DNA of 63,005 bases, the filler included, from Chiloscyllium plagiosum (lineage: Eukaryota), in the NCBI RefSeq assembly GCF_004010195.1. It is 4 parts of 4 records of this genome, joined end to end, with 100 filler letters (N's around TTAATTAATTAA, not from the genome) between each part and the next. Parts side by side here need not be neighbours in the genome. Positions count along the whole stretch, not along the records: positions 31,607 to 55,596 come from NC_057733.1; positions 55,697 to 59,309 come from NW_025191958.1; positions 59,410 to 63,005 come from NW_025208312.1; 1 more part is not named here. One strand, given 5' to 3'. Position 1 is the stretch's first letter; each line of letters starts with the position of its first letter. The notes beneath the pieces are model-generated. The model made no database searches, was not told where the DNA came from, and was given only the letters and a program-made list of their open reading frames with translations. Shown here piece by piece: positions 49,895 through 62,400 of the stretch. Made by a program: the position numbers and the translations under genes.

Positions 49895-52775
49895 AATGAT
49901 AAGTCTGTAAGTTAGCTTGCTGAGCTTGAAGGCTTATTTTCAGACGTTTTGTTACCATACTGGGTAACATCATCAGTGAGAGTCTCTGGTGAAGCGCTGG
50001 TGGTACGTCCCACCTCTCTATTTATAGGTCTTGGTTTCTTAAGGTGGGCGATGCCATTTCCACTTTATTTTTTTCAAGGGAAGGTAGATAGGGTCTAAAT
50101 CGATGTGTCTTTTGACAGAGTTCTGGTTAGAATGCCATGCCTCTAAGAATTCTCGTGTGTGTCTTTGTTTCGCCTGTTCTAGGACGTGTGTGCTGTCCTA
50201 GTCAAAGTGGTGTCTTTCTTTGTCTGTATGTATGGAAACTAGTGAGAGTGGATCGTGTCTTTTGGTGGCTAGTTGGTACTTATGTGTCCTGGTGGCAAGT
50301 TTCCTGCTAGTTTGTCTGATGTAGTGTTTTTTTTTTAATTCATGCACCGATACAGAAAAAGCAGTCCTAGTCAGAGGGTTAAACTACAGTTACAAAGACA
50401 TGAGTAAAAAGGACTTCCCTGCAGCATTTGAATTCATATTTCAAAAAAAACAGTCTTTCAGAATAAACACAGCAGACCATAAGTCAAGCTATTGCACCTA
50501 CGTTAGGCTGAAAAAAGGAAGGGAATACACTTAATGCTCAAGAAAATAAAGCCTAAGAAAAACTTTAAAAAGGCAAAAACATCATAATCTAGCTGCAGAC
50601 AATGGACACATGACCATTATTTTTTAATGATTTGGAGATGCCAGTGGTGGACTGGGGTGTACAAAGTTATTTTAAAAATCCAACCATCTTAAAAAGGCAA
50701 ATGCTCTGCTTGCAGATACCGACACTTACCAGTCGATGGCGATAGACTCGAACCTGCAACTGCTAAACAGATTCTCAGCCTTTCTAACAGGACTTGAAAG
50801 AATCAGGAGAATTAAACAGGACACACTTCTAAAACATGAAACCAGATAGATCCAACACAGCATACTTCTATGGATTACCAGAAATACACAAACCTGGGCT
50901 CCTCCCCCACTCAGATCCAGAGTCTCCCTACCTGGTACACCAACATATAGATTAGCCAAGGAACTCCACCAAAAACAAAAACACCTAATTGAAGATTCAC
51001 AACACTCTATTCACTCCACCCAAGAATTCCTGAACACCATCAAAGACACCAAGATGGAAGAGGATGAAATAATGGTCTCCTTTGATGTTACAGCCCTTTT
51101 CACATCAATCAGCATCAACCTGGCCAAAGAAACACTGGCATCACTACCTAGCAAAACCAGGAACACAAACACTCGACAGCACCGACTTCATCAGCAAAGA
51201 CAATGTCCTCAAGCTAGTGGACCTGTGCCTCACCACCCACTTCACTTTCAATAACAAAACCTACAAACAAGTCAACAGAACACCTATGGGATCACCAATA
51301 TCAGGGCTCATAGTGGAAGGAGTAATGCAGAGACTTGAACAAGGCGCACTCCCATCTATCCAATCCAAACGTTGGGTTTGCAACGTGGATGACACCTTAG
51401 TCATCACAAAACGGAACAAATTAGAGGAAACATACAACACCATCAACAATATCCTGACAGGCATAAAATTTACAGAAGAGGTGAACGGCAACAGACTCCC
51501 ATTCCTAGATGTGACAGTTGAACATACAGTTAATGGAGAGCTTCAAACCAGCGTCTACAGAAAAACAAACACAGACCAAATACTTAACTTCAGAAGCAAT
51601 CATCCCAACACCCACAAATAGAGCTGCATCACAACATTATTTCAATGAGCTACATCACACTGAAGCACCCAAGAACTATAAAAAGCAGAAGAAAAATATC
51701 TATACAATGTTTTCAAGAAAAAATGGATACCCAATAATTATACCCAATACATTCCACTGATTCCTCAGAAACAAACCCAAACAAGCAGACACAAAGCAAC
51801 CAAAAACTATAGCCACATTATCTTACATCAAAGACAGATCAGAAATGATTTCCAGACCACTCAGACCCCTTGGTATCATGGTAGCCCATAAACTTACCAA
51901 TACACTTGAACAGCGACTAATGAACCTAAAGGATCCATTAGATACTACCAGCAAAACAACCACCATTTACAAGATACCACGCAAGAACTGTAAAAAACTC
52001 TACATTGGACAAACTAGTAGGATACTTGCCACCAGGATACATGAACATCAACTGGCCACCAAAATACATGCCGGCTACTTGCGGAGCGTTTCAGAGAACA
52101 CCTCTGGGACACCCGGACCAACCAACCCAACCACCCTGTGGCTCAACATTTCAACTCCCCCTCCCACTCCACCAAGGATATGCAGGTCTTTGGACTCCTC
52201 CATCGCCAGACCACAACAAAATGACGGTTGGAGGAAGAGCGCCTCATCTTCCGCCTAGGAACCCTCCAACCACGGAGAATTCATTCCTGAAGAAGGGCTT
52301 ATGCCCGAAACGTCGATTCTCCTGTTCTCTGGATGCTGCCTGACCTGCTGCGCTTTTCCAGCAACACATTTTCAGCTCTGATCTCCAGCATCTGCAGACC
52401 TCACTTTCTCACCAAAATACATGACCCACTCTCACTAGTTTCCATACATACAGAAAAAGAAGGACACCACTTTGATTGGGACAACACACACATCCTAGGA
52501 CAGGCGAAACAAAGACATGCACGAGAATTCCTAGAGGCATTGCAATCTAACCAGAACTCCATCAATAAACACATCAATTTGGACTCTATCTACCTGCCCT
52601 TGAAAAGAAATGGAAATTACATCACCCACCTTAAGAACCAAGACCTATAAATAGAGAGGCGGGACATACCACCAGCACTTCACCAGAGACTTTCACTGAC
52701 GATGTTACCTAGTATGGTGACAAAATGTCGGAAAACAAATCTTTCAGCTCAGCAAGCTAACTTACATACTTAACT
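49895..52775 (+). mobile_element. Penelope (Poseidon-type) element with an inverted terminal copy
   Basis: RT motifs MVSFDVTALFTSI, PMGSPISG, NVDDT, LPFLDV, NHPNTHK; EN IYKIPRKNCKKLYIGQT. 49895-50330 is the reverse complement of its 3' end. A second PLE is inserted at ~52071-52410 with an accaaaatacatg TSD. Confidence 0.88.
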
Positions 52776-54249
52776 CACTGTATTTTCATAAATGTAAGTG
52801 ACAAATTGTCAAAAATAAAACAACTGCAAAGTCAGATTAAGATTGTATAACACCATTTTGGTCAAACTATGTGTGAAAAGTCACTTTCTAAGGCATTAAC
52901 TTTCTGTGTCTGAATCCTTATTTCAACATACTCAAAATTTACTCAAACCTATTCCATATGAAACTTAGTTGATTGTCCCTCCATTAACTCAAATCTCACT
53001 AAATTCTTGACACTCATGCCCTTTCTGCCTCGTTCTGAATAATATTGTAAATAAATACTGTCTTCAGTGATCATATATGTGTTATTGGTCAAACACTGGC
53101 CATGACAACTGCGCTGCCATACTCTATTTACTATTGCCAGTTCTGATACAATATGATAGTTCGGTTATCTTGCAATCTCGTTTTGTAAGAAAATCACACA
53201 ATAGCCACACCATTTAAACTAATAGGGCCAGAATCATGTTAAAGCCAATACATGTCAGGAAAGTTGGCGTTCTGCAAATAACGGCCTCATTTCTTCAATT
53301 GTGTTAAAACCAATTCACGCTGTATCCCAGCCCTTAAGTTACTTCTCATCTGGTTTGTGTCAAGCTTCCTGAATGTTTCAGTCCTCATTGTTCATTTTAT
53401 GCCAGTCTCCGGCTCCCCTCTTGCAATATATTGAAGGTAAATGAACACCCTGTTATTAATGTTGTTTCCATTGCAAATGTGAGTGAACAACTGTCTCATT
53501 ATAAGATGTGTTCCTGGAACAGAATGTAAGATTTGCATCTATCAGTAAAAAATATGACCTGTTAAAACTTCTGTGCCTTTGTGCATTAGCTAATATGAGT
53601 GGTTGCATTAACACCTGACGAGTAAAAGCTTGCAATTCATTCAAATCTCACCACTGAGCTTTGAGATGGTTGCAGTAACATAAACCACAGGCAGAGGGTT
53701 GCAGTTCTATGAAACGCCTGTTGTTTCAAGTGAACAAACACAAGAGGAAGACAGATATACCAAAGTTCTTTCTGAAGTGCTTCAGCAGCTCAGAAAGGTA
53801 CAAATAAAGAAAACTACTTTGCACAGTTGTTTGGAAAATAAACAAAAAACTGTATTTTTTTCTTACTTACATTAATGGATTCACCATGAATGTATCAAAA
53901 GGTTTTCAACCCCTCCGCAGATTCTCCTACGAGACGTACACTGTCCTGACTTGGAGATACACCACTGCTTCTTCAGTTTCACTAGCTCAAAGTCCTGAGG
54001 CCACCTTGCAAACAGCATTGTGGGTCGGCCTCAACCAAATGGAAAGCTGTTCACCACCATTATCTCAAAGGCCATTAATTATTGTCATTAAATGCAGGTC
54101 CAGCCGGTCATGTCCATTTCTCCTCAATGAATCGAATTCAGTATCCAGTTCCATAACTAGAATATTAATGAAAGTGCTGATGATGCTTTCAGGTAAACGT
54201 TCCTCCTAACTCTGCTTTATATTTTAGTTCCATTTATTCCCTATACCAA

Positions 54250-55215
54250 GCTGTGATGTATCTGGACTGGATGCTTTCTATAGTGCAGCCATAAAAATTG
54301 GTAAGAGTCATTATGGACATGCTAAATTCCTTTAACGTTCTGAGGAAGTAGAGACATTGGTGTGTTGTACTCATCATTATTTAAGATCCATCCCACTATG
54401 ATGGCATCATCAGCAAATTTGTAAATGCAGTTAAAACTGAATTTGGTCACACAGTCGCGAGTGTTTAAGGAGAGTACACAGCCTTGCGGGGCACCGGTGT
54501 TGAGGATTGTTGTGGAGGAGGTGTTGTTGCCTATCCTTATTGATTGCAGTCTGCGGGTCAGGAAGCCAATGATCCAGATGAAGAGGGGGGAGTGGAGCCC
54601 TAGATCTCTTAGTTTGGAGATAAATTTAGTTGGAATTATGGTGTTGATGGTGGAGCTAAAGTCAGTAAATAGGAGTCTAACGTAGACATCCTTGTTATCC
54701 AGATGCTCCAGGGATGGGTGTAGTCAGGGAGATGGTACCTGCTATGGAACTGTGTGACATTAGGTGAATTATAGTGGATCAAGTCAATCTGGGAGGCTGC
54801 ATTTGATGTGTGCCATTACTCCCCTATTGAAGCACTTCATTATGATGGATGTTAGAGTCACTGGGCAGTAGCCATTAAGGCATGTGCCCTGATTTTTCTT
54901 TGGCACCGGTATGATGGTGATCTTCTTGATGCAGGTGGGAACCTCAATCTATCATGAGGAGTGGTTAAAAATGTCTGCAAATACTCCCACCAGCTGGTTC
55001 ACACAGGATCTGGGCCAGTCATTTTCTGTGGGTTCAACAACAAGAAGGCTGATCTGACATCTGCAGTGGTGTCTGTGGGTACAGATGCACCAAATGCTGT
55101 TCGGGCAGGCGACATAATTTCACTGACTTTCTGTTCAAAATGAGCATATAATACAATGAGCTCATGGAGGAGAGTTGCATTGCTGTCAGCGATTCCATTC
55201 AACTTTGCTTTGTAG
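54250..55215 (-). mobile_element. Rex1/Babar-type LINE fragment
   Basis: ELIVLYAHFEQ...TADVRSAFL..NPQKMTGPD; reverse-strand TGAPQGCV and FADDA motifs at ~54400-54500. Confidence 0.7.
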
Positions 55216-55221
55216 TCTGAT

Positions 55222-55596
55222 ATAGAGTCATAGAGATGTACAGCATGGAAACAGACCCTTCGGTCCAACCTGTCCACGCCGACCAGATATCCCAACCCAA
55301 TCTAGTCCCACCTGCCAGCACCCGGCCTATATCCCTCCAAACCCTTCCTATTCATATACCCATCCAAATGCCTCTTAAATGTTGCAATTGTACCAGCCTC
55401 CACCACACCCTCTGGCAGCGCATTCCATACACGTACCACCCTCTGCATGAAAGAGTTGCCCCTTAGGTCTCTTTTATATCTTTCCCCTCTCACCCTAAAC
55501 CTATGCCCTCTAGTTCTGGGCTCCCGACCCCAGGGAAAAGACTTTGTCTATTTATCCTATCCATGCCCCTCATAATTTTGTAAACCTCTATAAGGT
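55222..55596 (-). mobile_element. CR1/HER1 LINE 3' end
   Basis: ORF 55302-55493 (RDLRGNSFMQRVVRVWNALP); near-identical to 5598-5925. Confidence 0.88.
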
Positions 55597-55696
55597 NNNN
55601 NNNNNNNNNNNNNNNNNNNNNNNNNNNNNNNNNNNNNNNNTTAATTAATTAANNNNNNNNNNNNNNNNNNNNNNNNNNNNNNNNNNNNNNNNNNNN
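55597..55696. other. Assembly spacer N44-TTAATTAATTAA-N44
   Basis: Directly visible. Confidence 0.97.
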
Positions 55697-55974
55697 GGAG
55701 ATATATGGGAACACTACCACTTTCAAGTTGCCTTCGAAGCTAATCACCATCTTAACGCGGAAATATATCAGCGTTCCATCACTGTCGTTTATTGAAAATC
55801 CTGGAAATCCCTGCCCAATGGCATTATGCGTATACAGACAGCACGTGGACTGCAGCGTTTCAAGACGGCAGCTCGCTCCAAAATCCTTAAAACATACTAC
55901 GAATGGGCAATAAATACTGGCAAGCCAACGACGCCCACATCTCACAAATTGAAAAAAAAAGTTTTAGCACTCTA

Positions 55975-56230
55975 AACATAGAATCCCGACAGAATGGCAG
56001 CAGGGTATTGGAACCATCGAGTCTCTGAAGGAAAACACACCCAAATTATCCCTGCATCTCCTCCTCTGGCGAATTCAGCTACACGTTTGGACTGTTGGAG
56101 GATTCCAGAACACCTGCAGGAAACTGACGCAGACGCAGGGAAAATGTGCAGACTGACACCTGAAGCTGAAATAGAACCTGGGTGTTTGGTGCTGTTTGGC
56201 ATCAGTCCGAACAACTGAGCCACAATGCCA
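55975..56230 (-). mobile_element. Decayed HE1-type SINE
   Basis: tttggactgttggagg...gcagacgcagggaaaatgtgca core. Confidence 0.65.
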
Positions 56231-57130
56231 TCATCTGTGGGATGCTTCCTGGAAATTCATGATTTGGTATTCCACTAACTCATAAATTACTCATTTCTTG
56301 GTGCTGCAAAATTACAAGAGATCTCATCAGAGTACGCATTTGTCACTCTCACTGGAACAGGTGATAACCTGGTCTTCTTATGGACTCGGAATCATCAACA
56401 CTTACCATTTATATTTGTGTCATCTGTAAACGTATTAGGATTTGGTTCCCACGTTGTCATGTACCTCTGCTCTTAGACCATTCCCTTTCAGATGTTGGAG
56501 ACTTTACCAATTTGTGTTTTCTTCCCTTTTAAAACATTTGGCAATCGTGTATGGGAGTGGCTCGCAATGCTGACACCTTCCTCTAATTGTCCAGAACAAT
56601 GTGACCATGAGCCATTTACTTGACAAACTGCGTGCATCTGATATAGTTATAGGAGTTACATTTAGAATAAGACAAAGTAAAGGTAAATAATTGCGATTAT
56701 GATAAATCTGCCCAGTAAATGCAGCAGAAGCAGCATTCGATTGTACTGCTTCATTCGTCAAAAATTGCCTTGAGGAATAAAGCTTTGATTACAATGCCGG
56801 AAGAACATCGTGTGAAATCGTTGGATGCTGCAAATGAAATTGAAATGCAGATTCTCAGCTGCTCACAGTGGTCTTCTGGGAAGGAGGACGTATCTGCTTT
56901 CGTTGAACAGTATCGCGTGAAGTGTAATTGGTGCGAGGATGTGGATGTCGCAATTATTTTTTCATGCAACTAGATGGCAGTGTGAACCTGGGATAAATAT
57001 TGACGCCGTCGGCTGAAGGAGGAATGACCTGCCAGACTGTGAGCATCTTTCACTGTCAGAGGCTTGTTACAGAAACAAACACCAAGACTCAGCTTCTTCT
57101 GCAACTCCAACAGCAAGGCTGGTCTGCGCT

Positions 57131-57138
57131 AGACGTCA
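57131..57138 (+). promoter_or_regulatory. CRE-like element (AGACGTCA) upstream of the TCR V
   Basis: 7/8 match to TGACGTCA, ~110 bp before the ATG at 57247. CRE-type motifs are typical of TCR V promoters. Confidence 0.45.
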
Positions 57139-57246
57139 AGCGTGCATTGTTCTCGATATTTACTTGTGTAAATGTAACAATTGCCTCCAGTTCCTCAAGA
57201 GAACCCCGTGGACAATTGCTTTTACTACTGGTCTTACAATCTGATA

Positions 57247-57580
57247 ATGTTCCGAATTTGCAGAATCCTCCTGATGTTTTCCACTCTGACCTCCAGGGAT
57301 GTGACTGGAGAAGGCGATGTCACGCAACTTCCTTCGTGGATGGTTGTTCGTGAAGTGGGAATTGCGTCCATGAATTGCTCGATTGCCACTATGTCGAACG
57401 CAATGTTTTGGTACAGACAGGTCCCGAATCAGCCACCCCAGCATCTGGTGATGGCCAAAAGGGAAAATGATCAGCCCGAGAGGATCACTGCTTCAATCAG
57501 TGGAGACTACAAACTCAGTACACTGACTGTGAAAGACGCCAGACTTAATGACACTGCAATCTATCTCTGTGCAATGAAGA
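57247..57580 (+). CDS. TRAV: T-cell receptor alpha/delta-type V segment, open, with the leader apparently in the same exon
   Basis: MFRICRILLMFSTLTSRDVTG-EGDVTQ...ASMNCS...MFWYRQVPNQPPQHLV...STLTVKDARLNDTAIYLCAMK. Both Cys and the WYRQ motif are intact. Confidence 0.88.
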
Positions 57581-57619
57581 CACAGTGTTACAAACAGATG
57601 GAGAGCGCGTACTAAAACC
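57581..57619 (+). other. 23-RSS of the TCR V
   Basis: CACAGTG at 57581-87, exactly 23-bp spacer, ACTAAAACC at 57611-19. Confidence 0.95.
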
Positions 57620-58254
57620 AGCACAGAGTGGGAGTTCCAGTATGCTTACTTTGAAGTTTCAGTGCAATTAATTCTGACACCAACCAAGAAAAATGGAAAA
57701 TAATGAGATAATGGAAAAGTGAGCAAAATACACCAGAAAGTATGGAACAGATTAAATTAGAGATAGTCAGAAGTGAGGACAATTGGGGATGCGGATGGAG
57801 GTGAAAGAAGTACTTGTTTGCAAAACTGAAAGAGTGATGGAGAAAAGGAAAAGTGGAGAGATACTTTAATAATACTTGCAGAAGGCAGAACGATAAGCCT
57901 GTCCATCATCTACAAAGCCCAACTCAGTGTTGTGATGGAATACTCCCTAATTGTCTGGATGGTGCAGCTCCAACAACTGTTAGATTCTTGACACCACCCA
58001 GGACAATGCAGCCCGTTTGATTGGCAGAGTAATGATCGGAATTCACTTGTTCAAAAACGGATAAGTCCGTCCCCCCAATGGCATTGTAGGTCAACCCAGA
58101 GCAGGTGAACTGCCGCAGTTGAATAAGGCAGCTCACTCCCACCTTCACAAGAACAACTTGGGGCAGGTAATAAATGCTGGCTAGACAGCGGTGCCTACAG
58201 CCTACAGCCTGCCAATAACGACATTTAATAAAGGTCAATATATACACAATCTAA

Positions 58255-58545
58255 CCATAGAATCCCTGCAGCGTGGATGCACGCCATTCGGTCCATCGAG
58301 ACCACACCTAGCATCTGAAGAACATCACATCTCGACCCAACCTCCCCCTGCATCTCCTACGTCTAAGTTGCCTAAGCTGCCCGCCTTTGGACTGTGCGAG
58401 GAAACCAGAACAACCACAGGAAACCCATGCAGAGATAGAGAGAACGTGCAGGCCCCATTATGACAGCCACCTGAGGCTGAAATCGAACGTGGGTCTTTGG
58501 TTTTAAGAAACACGAGTGCTTACCACTGAACCACCGTGCCATCAT
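58255..58545 (-). mobile_element. Decayed HE1-type SINE
   Basis: tttggactgtgcgaggaaacc...ggaaacccatgcagagatagagagaacgtgca core. Confidence 0.7.
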
Positions 58546-59309
58546 CTTGAGAATGGCAGATGAAAATTCACGATTTGCTTTTCCTCCCACTCATGAATTG
58601 TTTATTTCTTTTTTGAAAATTTCCTGGAGATGTCGCCCGAGTATGGTACAGTGACACTCTTTGAAACAGTCTGTGACTTTGTCTTTCATGAGACTCTTTA
58701 AGTCATAATCATTACCAATTGCCATGTTACTTATTTTCGTGTCACTTGTAAACCTGGTAAACATACACTGACATTAGTCAGGATTTGGAATTTGCGTAAG
58801 CATGCACCTCTGCCCTTTCACCATTCCCAATCAAATGATTTGACAGATTATCTTTTGTTTTCTGTGAGAAATCAGTTAGTCTTGTATAATCTGAGACAAT
58901 GTGGCGGTGAGCCGTGTGTTTGATGCACTGCAGTGTATTTGATACTCATGCAGGAGTTATGTTTACGATGGCACAAAGTAAAGTTAATGAAAGACAGTTG
59001 CAACGTATCGTACCAGGAAATGCAACATTCGATTGTACTGTAACATTTTTTAAAATTTTATTTATTTATTTCCTCATTATTACATCAGAATGTCCCAGAC
59101 TCACTGGTCCTACGCATCAGCTAATGGGACTGTCTAAGACCAAGACCGGCTTTGTTACCTGAGACACCACAGTTCTCATACTCGAACAGGATGAACGAAT
59201 TCCTATTTGTATAAATGCTGACAGAAATAATAATCGATGTGGGACAACGTTTGGTTTAATCTCTGTCCTTACCATAGTTTATAGATGAACAAATTTACTT
59301 TGCTCTTGA

Positions 59310-59409
59310 NNNNNNNNNNNNNNNNNNNNNNNNNNNNNNNNNNNNNNNNNNNNTTAATTAATTAANNNNNNNNNNNNNNNNNNNNNNNNNNNNNNNNNNN
59401 NNNNNNNNN
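59310..59409. other. Assembly spacer N44-TTAATTAATTAA-N44
   Basis: Directly visible. Confidence 0.97.
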
Positions 59410-59654
59410 GTTAATTGCAGAATCCGGCAATGCGTGAGCTTTCCTCTATCTCTGATCTTAACTTTGTCTGAGCAGGGAACATTTACAGCACAAGACATGA
59501 GTCCGACACCTGTTACTAATCCAACTTAACTTTACAACTGGAATATAATTAAAAGTGAGAAGCACAATTAATTAAACGGTTGTATATTTAAATCACAATT
59601 GGAAGAAAAGGCTTTATTACTTTGGTTGAATGATTAAAAACATCTTCGAATTTT

Positions 59655-60046
59655 TTATTGACACGAATTAATAGTGCCCATCAGTGCAAGTGAAATGTTC
59701 ACAAAACTTGGTTTACCGATGGAATTATCGACTGTTCTGTTGATGATCTTCAGTGGAATCGCTTCATGTTCCACCACACAGGAATAAGAAGCACCACTGG
59801 CCCACTCCTCTGTTGTATTGGACAACAGGGTGTACATGAAGAAGGAGGTGCTCTCGCTCTCCGCCATCACCTCGGTGTTCTTGCAGTTACTGGGATTAGC
59901 TGGCTTGTCATTGTTTGTCCACTTGACTAAGATCTCTCGGGAAGAGAAGCCTCTCACTAAACAGGTGAGGGAGAGAAACCTCTTAGCGGAAACGTCTTCT
60001 GTTGGTGGCAGGAGGATCGACACTGATGGCTCCAGTCGCTTTTCTC
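59655..60046 (-). CDS. IGHM: IgM Cmu4 + secretory tailpiece exon (second cluster, open frame)
   Basis: ctgcag acceptor; [34 protein letters not shown]...[19 protein letters not shown]...[20 protein letters not shown]. Confidence 0.94.
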
Positions 60047-60170
60047 CTGCAGAATATTTGAAACAAATATAAATCCACTATAAAAATCCAAAATCAATAT
60101 TGCAATTTCAGACATATTAAAATGTGCCAGTTTTGTTTTTAAATTTGGGATTTATACATTCTCATTTTCT

Positions 60171-60424
60171 GAACGAGCAGAATGATATCCATCCTAATCA
60201 TTAACAAAAAAGAGTTTAATTCGAAAGTCGCCTCCATGTTTCCAACTCACAACTAAGACATCCTGTACATTTGTCATTGCTGATGTTAAAAACACATGAA
60301 CGAGCAGAATGATATCCATCCTAATCATTAACAAAAAAAGAGTTTAATTCGAAAGTCGCCTCCATGCTTCCAACTCACAACTAAGACATCCTGTACATTT
60401 GTCATTGCTGATGTTAAAAACACA
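60171..60424. repeat. 127-bp tandem duplication in the Cmu3-Cmu4 intron
   Basis: gaacgagcagaatgatatcc...gttaaaaacaca occurs twice (60171 and 60298). Confidence 0.9.
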
Positions 60425-60631
60425 AAGCAGGTTTCTTCCCACTTTATTTGACTTATAATAAAAAAGAACAAGCTTTGGTCCATCTTGTTCTCAATCAGAT
60501 ATTTAGATATCCTGACATCAGACACATGTTTAATGCTCCCAACGTTATCTGGAGCCAATCCAAGCATGCCATGTATGTTTCTGGATCGAGATTACACATG
60601 GGATGCTTTGTTTTTTCATCTCACCGCTCAC

Positions 60632-60939
60632 CATTTTCCTTGTGGATGGAGTCTCTCAGTGGAGTCGGTAGATACAGATGGTTCACCAAACCTTCAAAAC
60701 TAACGTGACTCATCCAGGCTTCAGTCGAAGTGCTTAATTTGCTGGTCACGCTGTCGGGATTTTCTCCAGGCCGATTCGAGATCTCTGATTTCAGAGTCTT
60801 CTTTTGTTGTACCAGGTGACATTGGCACCAGAAGGAATATTGGACACAACACAGGTTAATGTCACCGTCGCCCCCAGGAAGATGTGTTCTCATGGAGGTG
60901 GTAGGATTGTAACTATGTAATCGTGGCAATCAGTAACTC
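60632..60939 (-). pseudogene. IGHM: IgM Cmu3 exon, disabled
   Basis: GVTDCHDYIVTILPPP*EHIFLGATVTLTCVVSN...VTW / frameshift / KTLKSEI...TEAWMSHVSFEGLVNHLYLPTPLRDSIHKEN. In-frame TGA, frameshift and second Cys to Gly; splice sites intact. Confidence 0.9.
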
Positions 60940-62400
60940 CTATGAAACAGAAATCAAATCAATGAAAAATGCCTCTTTAGGATCAAAACACCGAGTCTTC
61001 AGGCTATTCACTCATGAAGTGAGGAAACCACCTTTGACATGGCAGCTTCCAAATGTTGCTGAAATGATGGTTCCTCTTGCTGATATATTTTGATTTGTGA
61101 AAACATTTGTTATTATCTATTAAATCACCCATGTATGTATTATTGGTGTGAGATCATTCTCAAAAACATACCATGAGATATTATTCCTCCTGTCAAATTT
61201 ATAGTAGGTCTAAAAGCAAAACAGTGAATTTCTTAGTAGAATAAAAACAAAACAAATACGAGTATCTAACATTATTCTACAAATTAATGGAAATTTGCGT
61301 GAGCATTATTCAGACGTCCAGTGATCACTGTGTGAACATCTCCATCCGGACACCAGGCTGAAGACGCCTGACTCTAATTCCTCGTTCGTTCATCGCCACT
61401 GCAGCCATCCCACTAAAATGTTTTCTCCTGCCACATCCACTAATTGCAGAGAGTACCTTAAAGAGTTCCAATTAGGTCCTGTTTATCCGGATTGATCAAA
61501 TGTGATAGCAACTTGCTTTGTGGCCTGGTCCCATGAATGAAGTTAAAGAGCTCAGAAAAATCTATGTTGTATAATGCCCAAGTCCAACAGGTCATTCCTG
61601 AGCAGGAAATGAAGCATTGAACACATTTTGATTTATTTTACAACAAGGGTCACTGCATATTTTACCTTGTTATTTTGAGACCACAAGATAATAAGATATA
61701 GTAGCAGAATGAGGCAATTCGGCAAATCGAGTCTGCCCTGCCATTCGATCATGTGTGATATGTTCTCTACCACATTCTCCAGCCTTCTCCATGTACTAAC
61801 CGATCAATCGCTATCATAAATACAGTCACTGACTTGGCCTCCATGACCGTCTGTGGTAATGAATTCCACCACCCTCTGGCTGAAGAAATTCTGCCCCACC
61901 TCAGTTACAAATGGTGCACCCTTTGACTCCGAGGCTATGCCCTCGTGTCCTACTCTCGCCGACTTGTCAAAACATTTACTCCACGTTCACCCAAACCCGG
62001 CCTCCCTGTATGTTTTAAGTTTCAAAAAAATACTTCTGCGACCCTAATCCCCCGGCCCACACAAGACACGCACCCCTCCCCCACCGGCTAAATGAAGTCA
62101 CCAGGCGTGGATTCAGCACTCTAATGCCTCTCCAAGTGTGGTCAGACATCAAACAACTTTATAAAAAAGACTGTTAAACCAGCTCACATGTCTTCAATAT
62201 AGAGGAAAACATGCTCTTCTGATTAGACATAATGTTGAATTATGAGCAATGCTAATGTCACACTCAAACTGAAATGCATGACACGTTTTTGAATGGGATG
62301 CTGCACACTTTAGTGCTGTTGACTAAGTTTGATAAATGTGTGTATCTGATCCACATCGGAGTTCAGAATGATTTCTAGTGCTCTCGTATGTATGTCTTAC

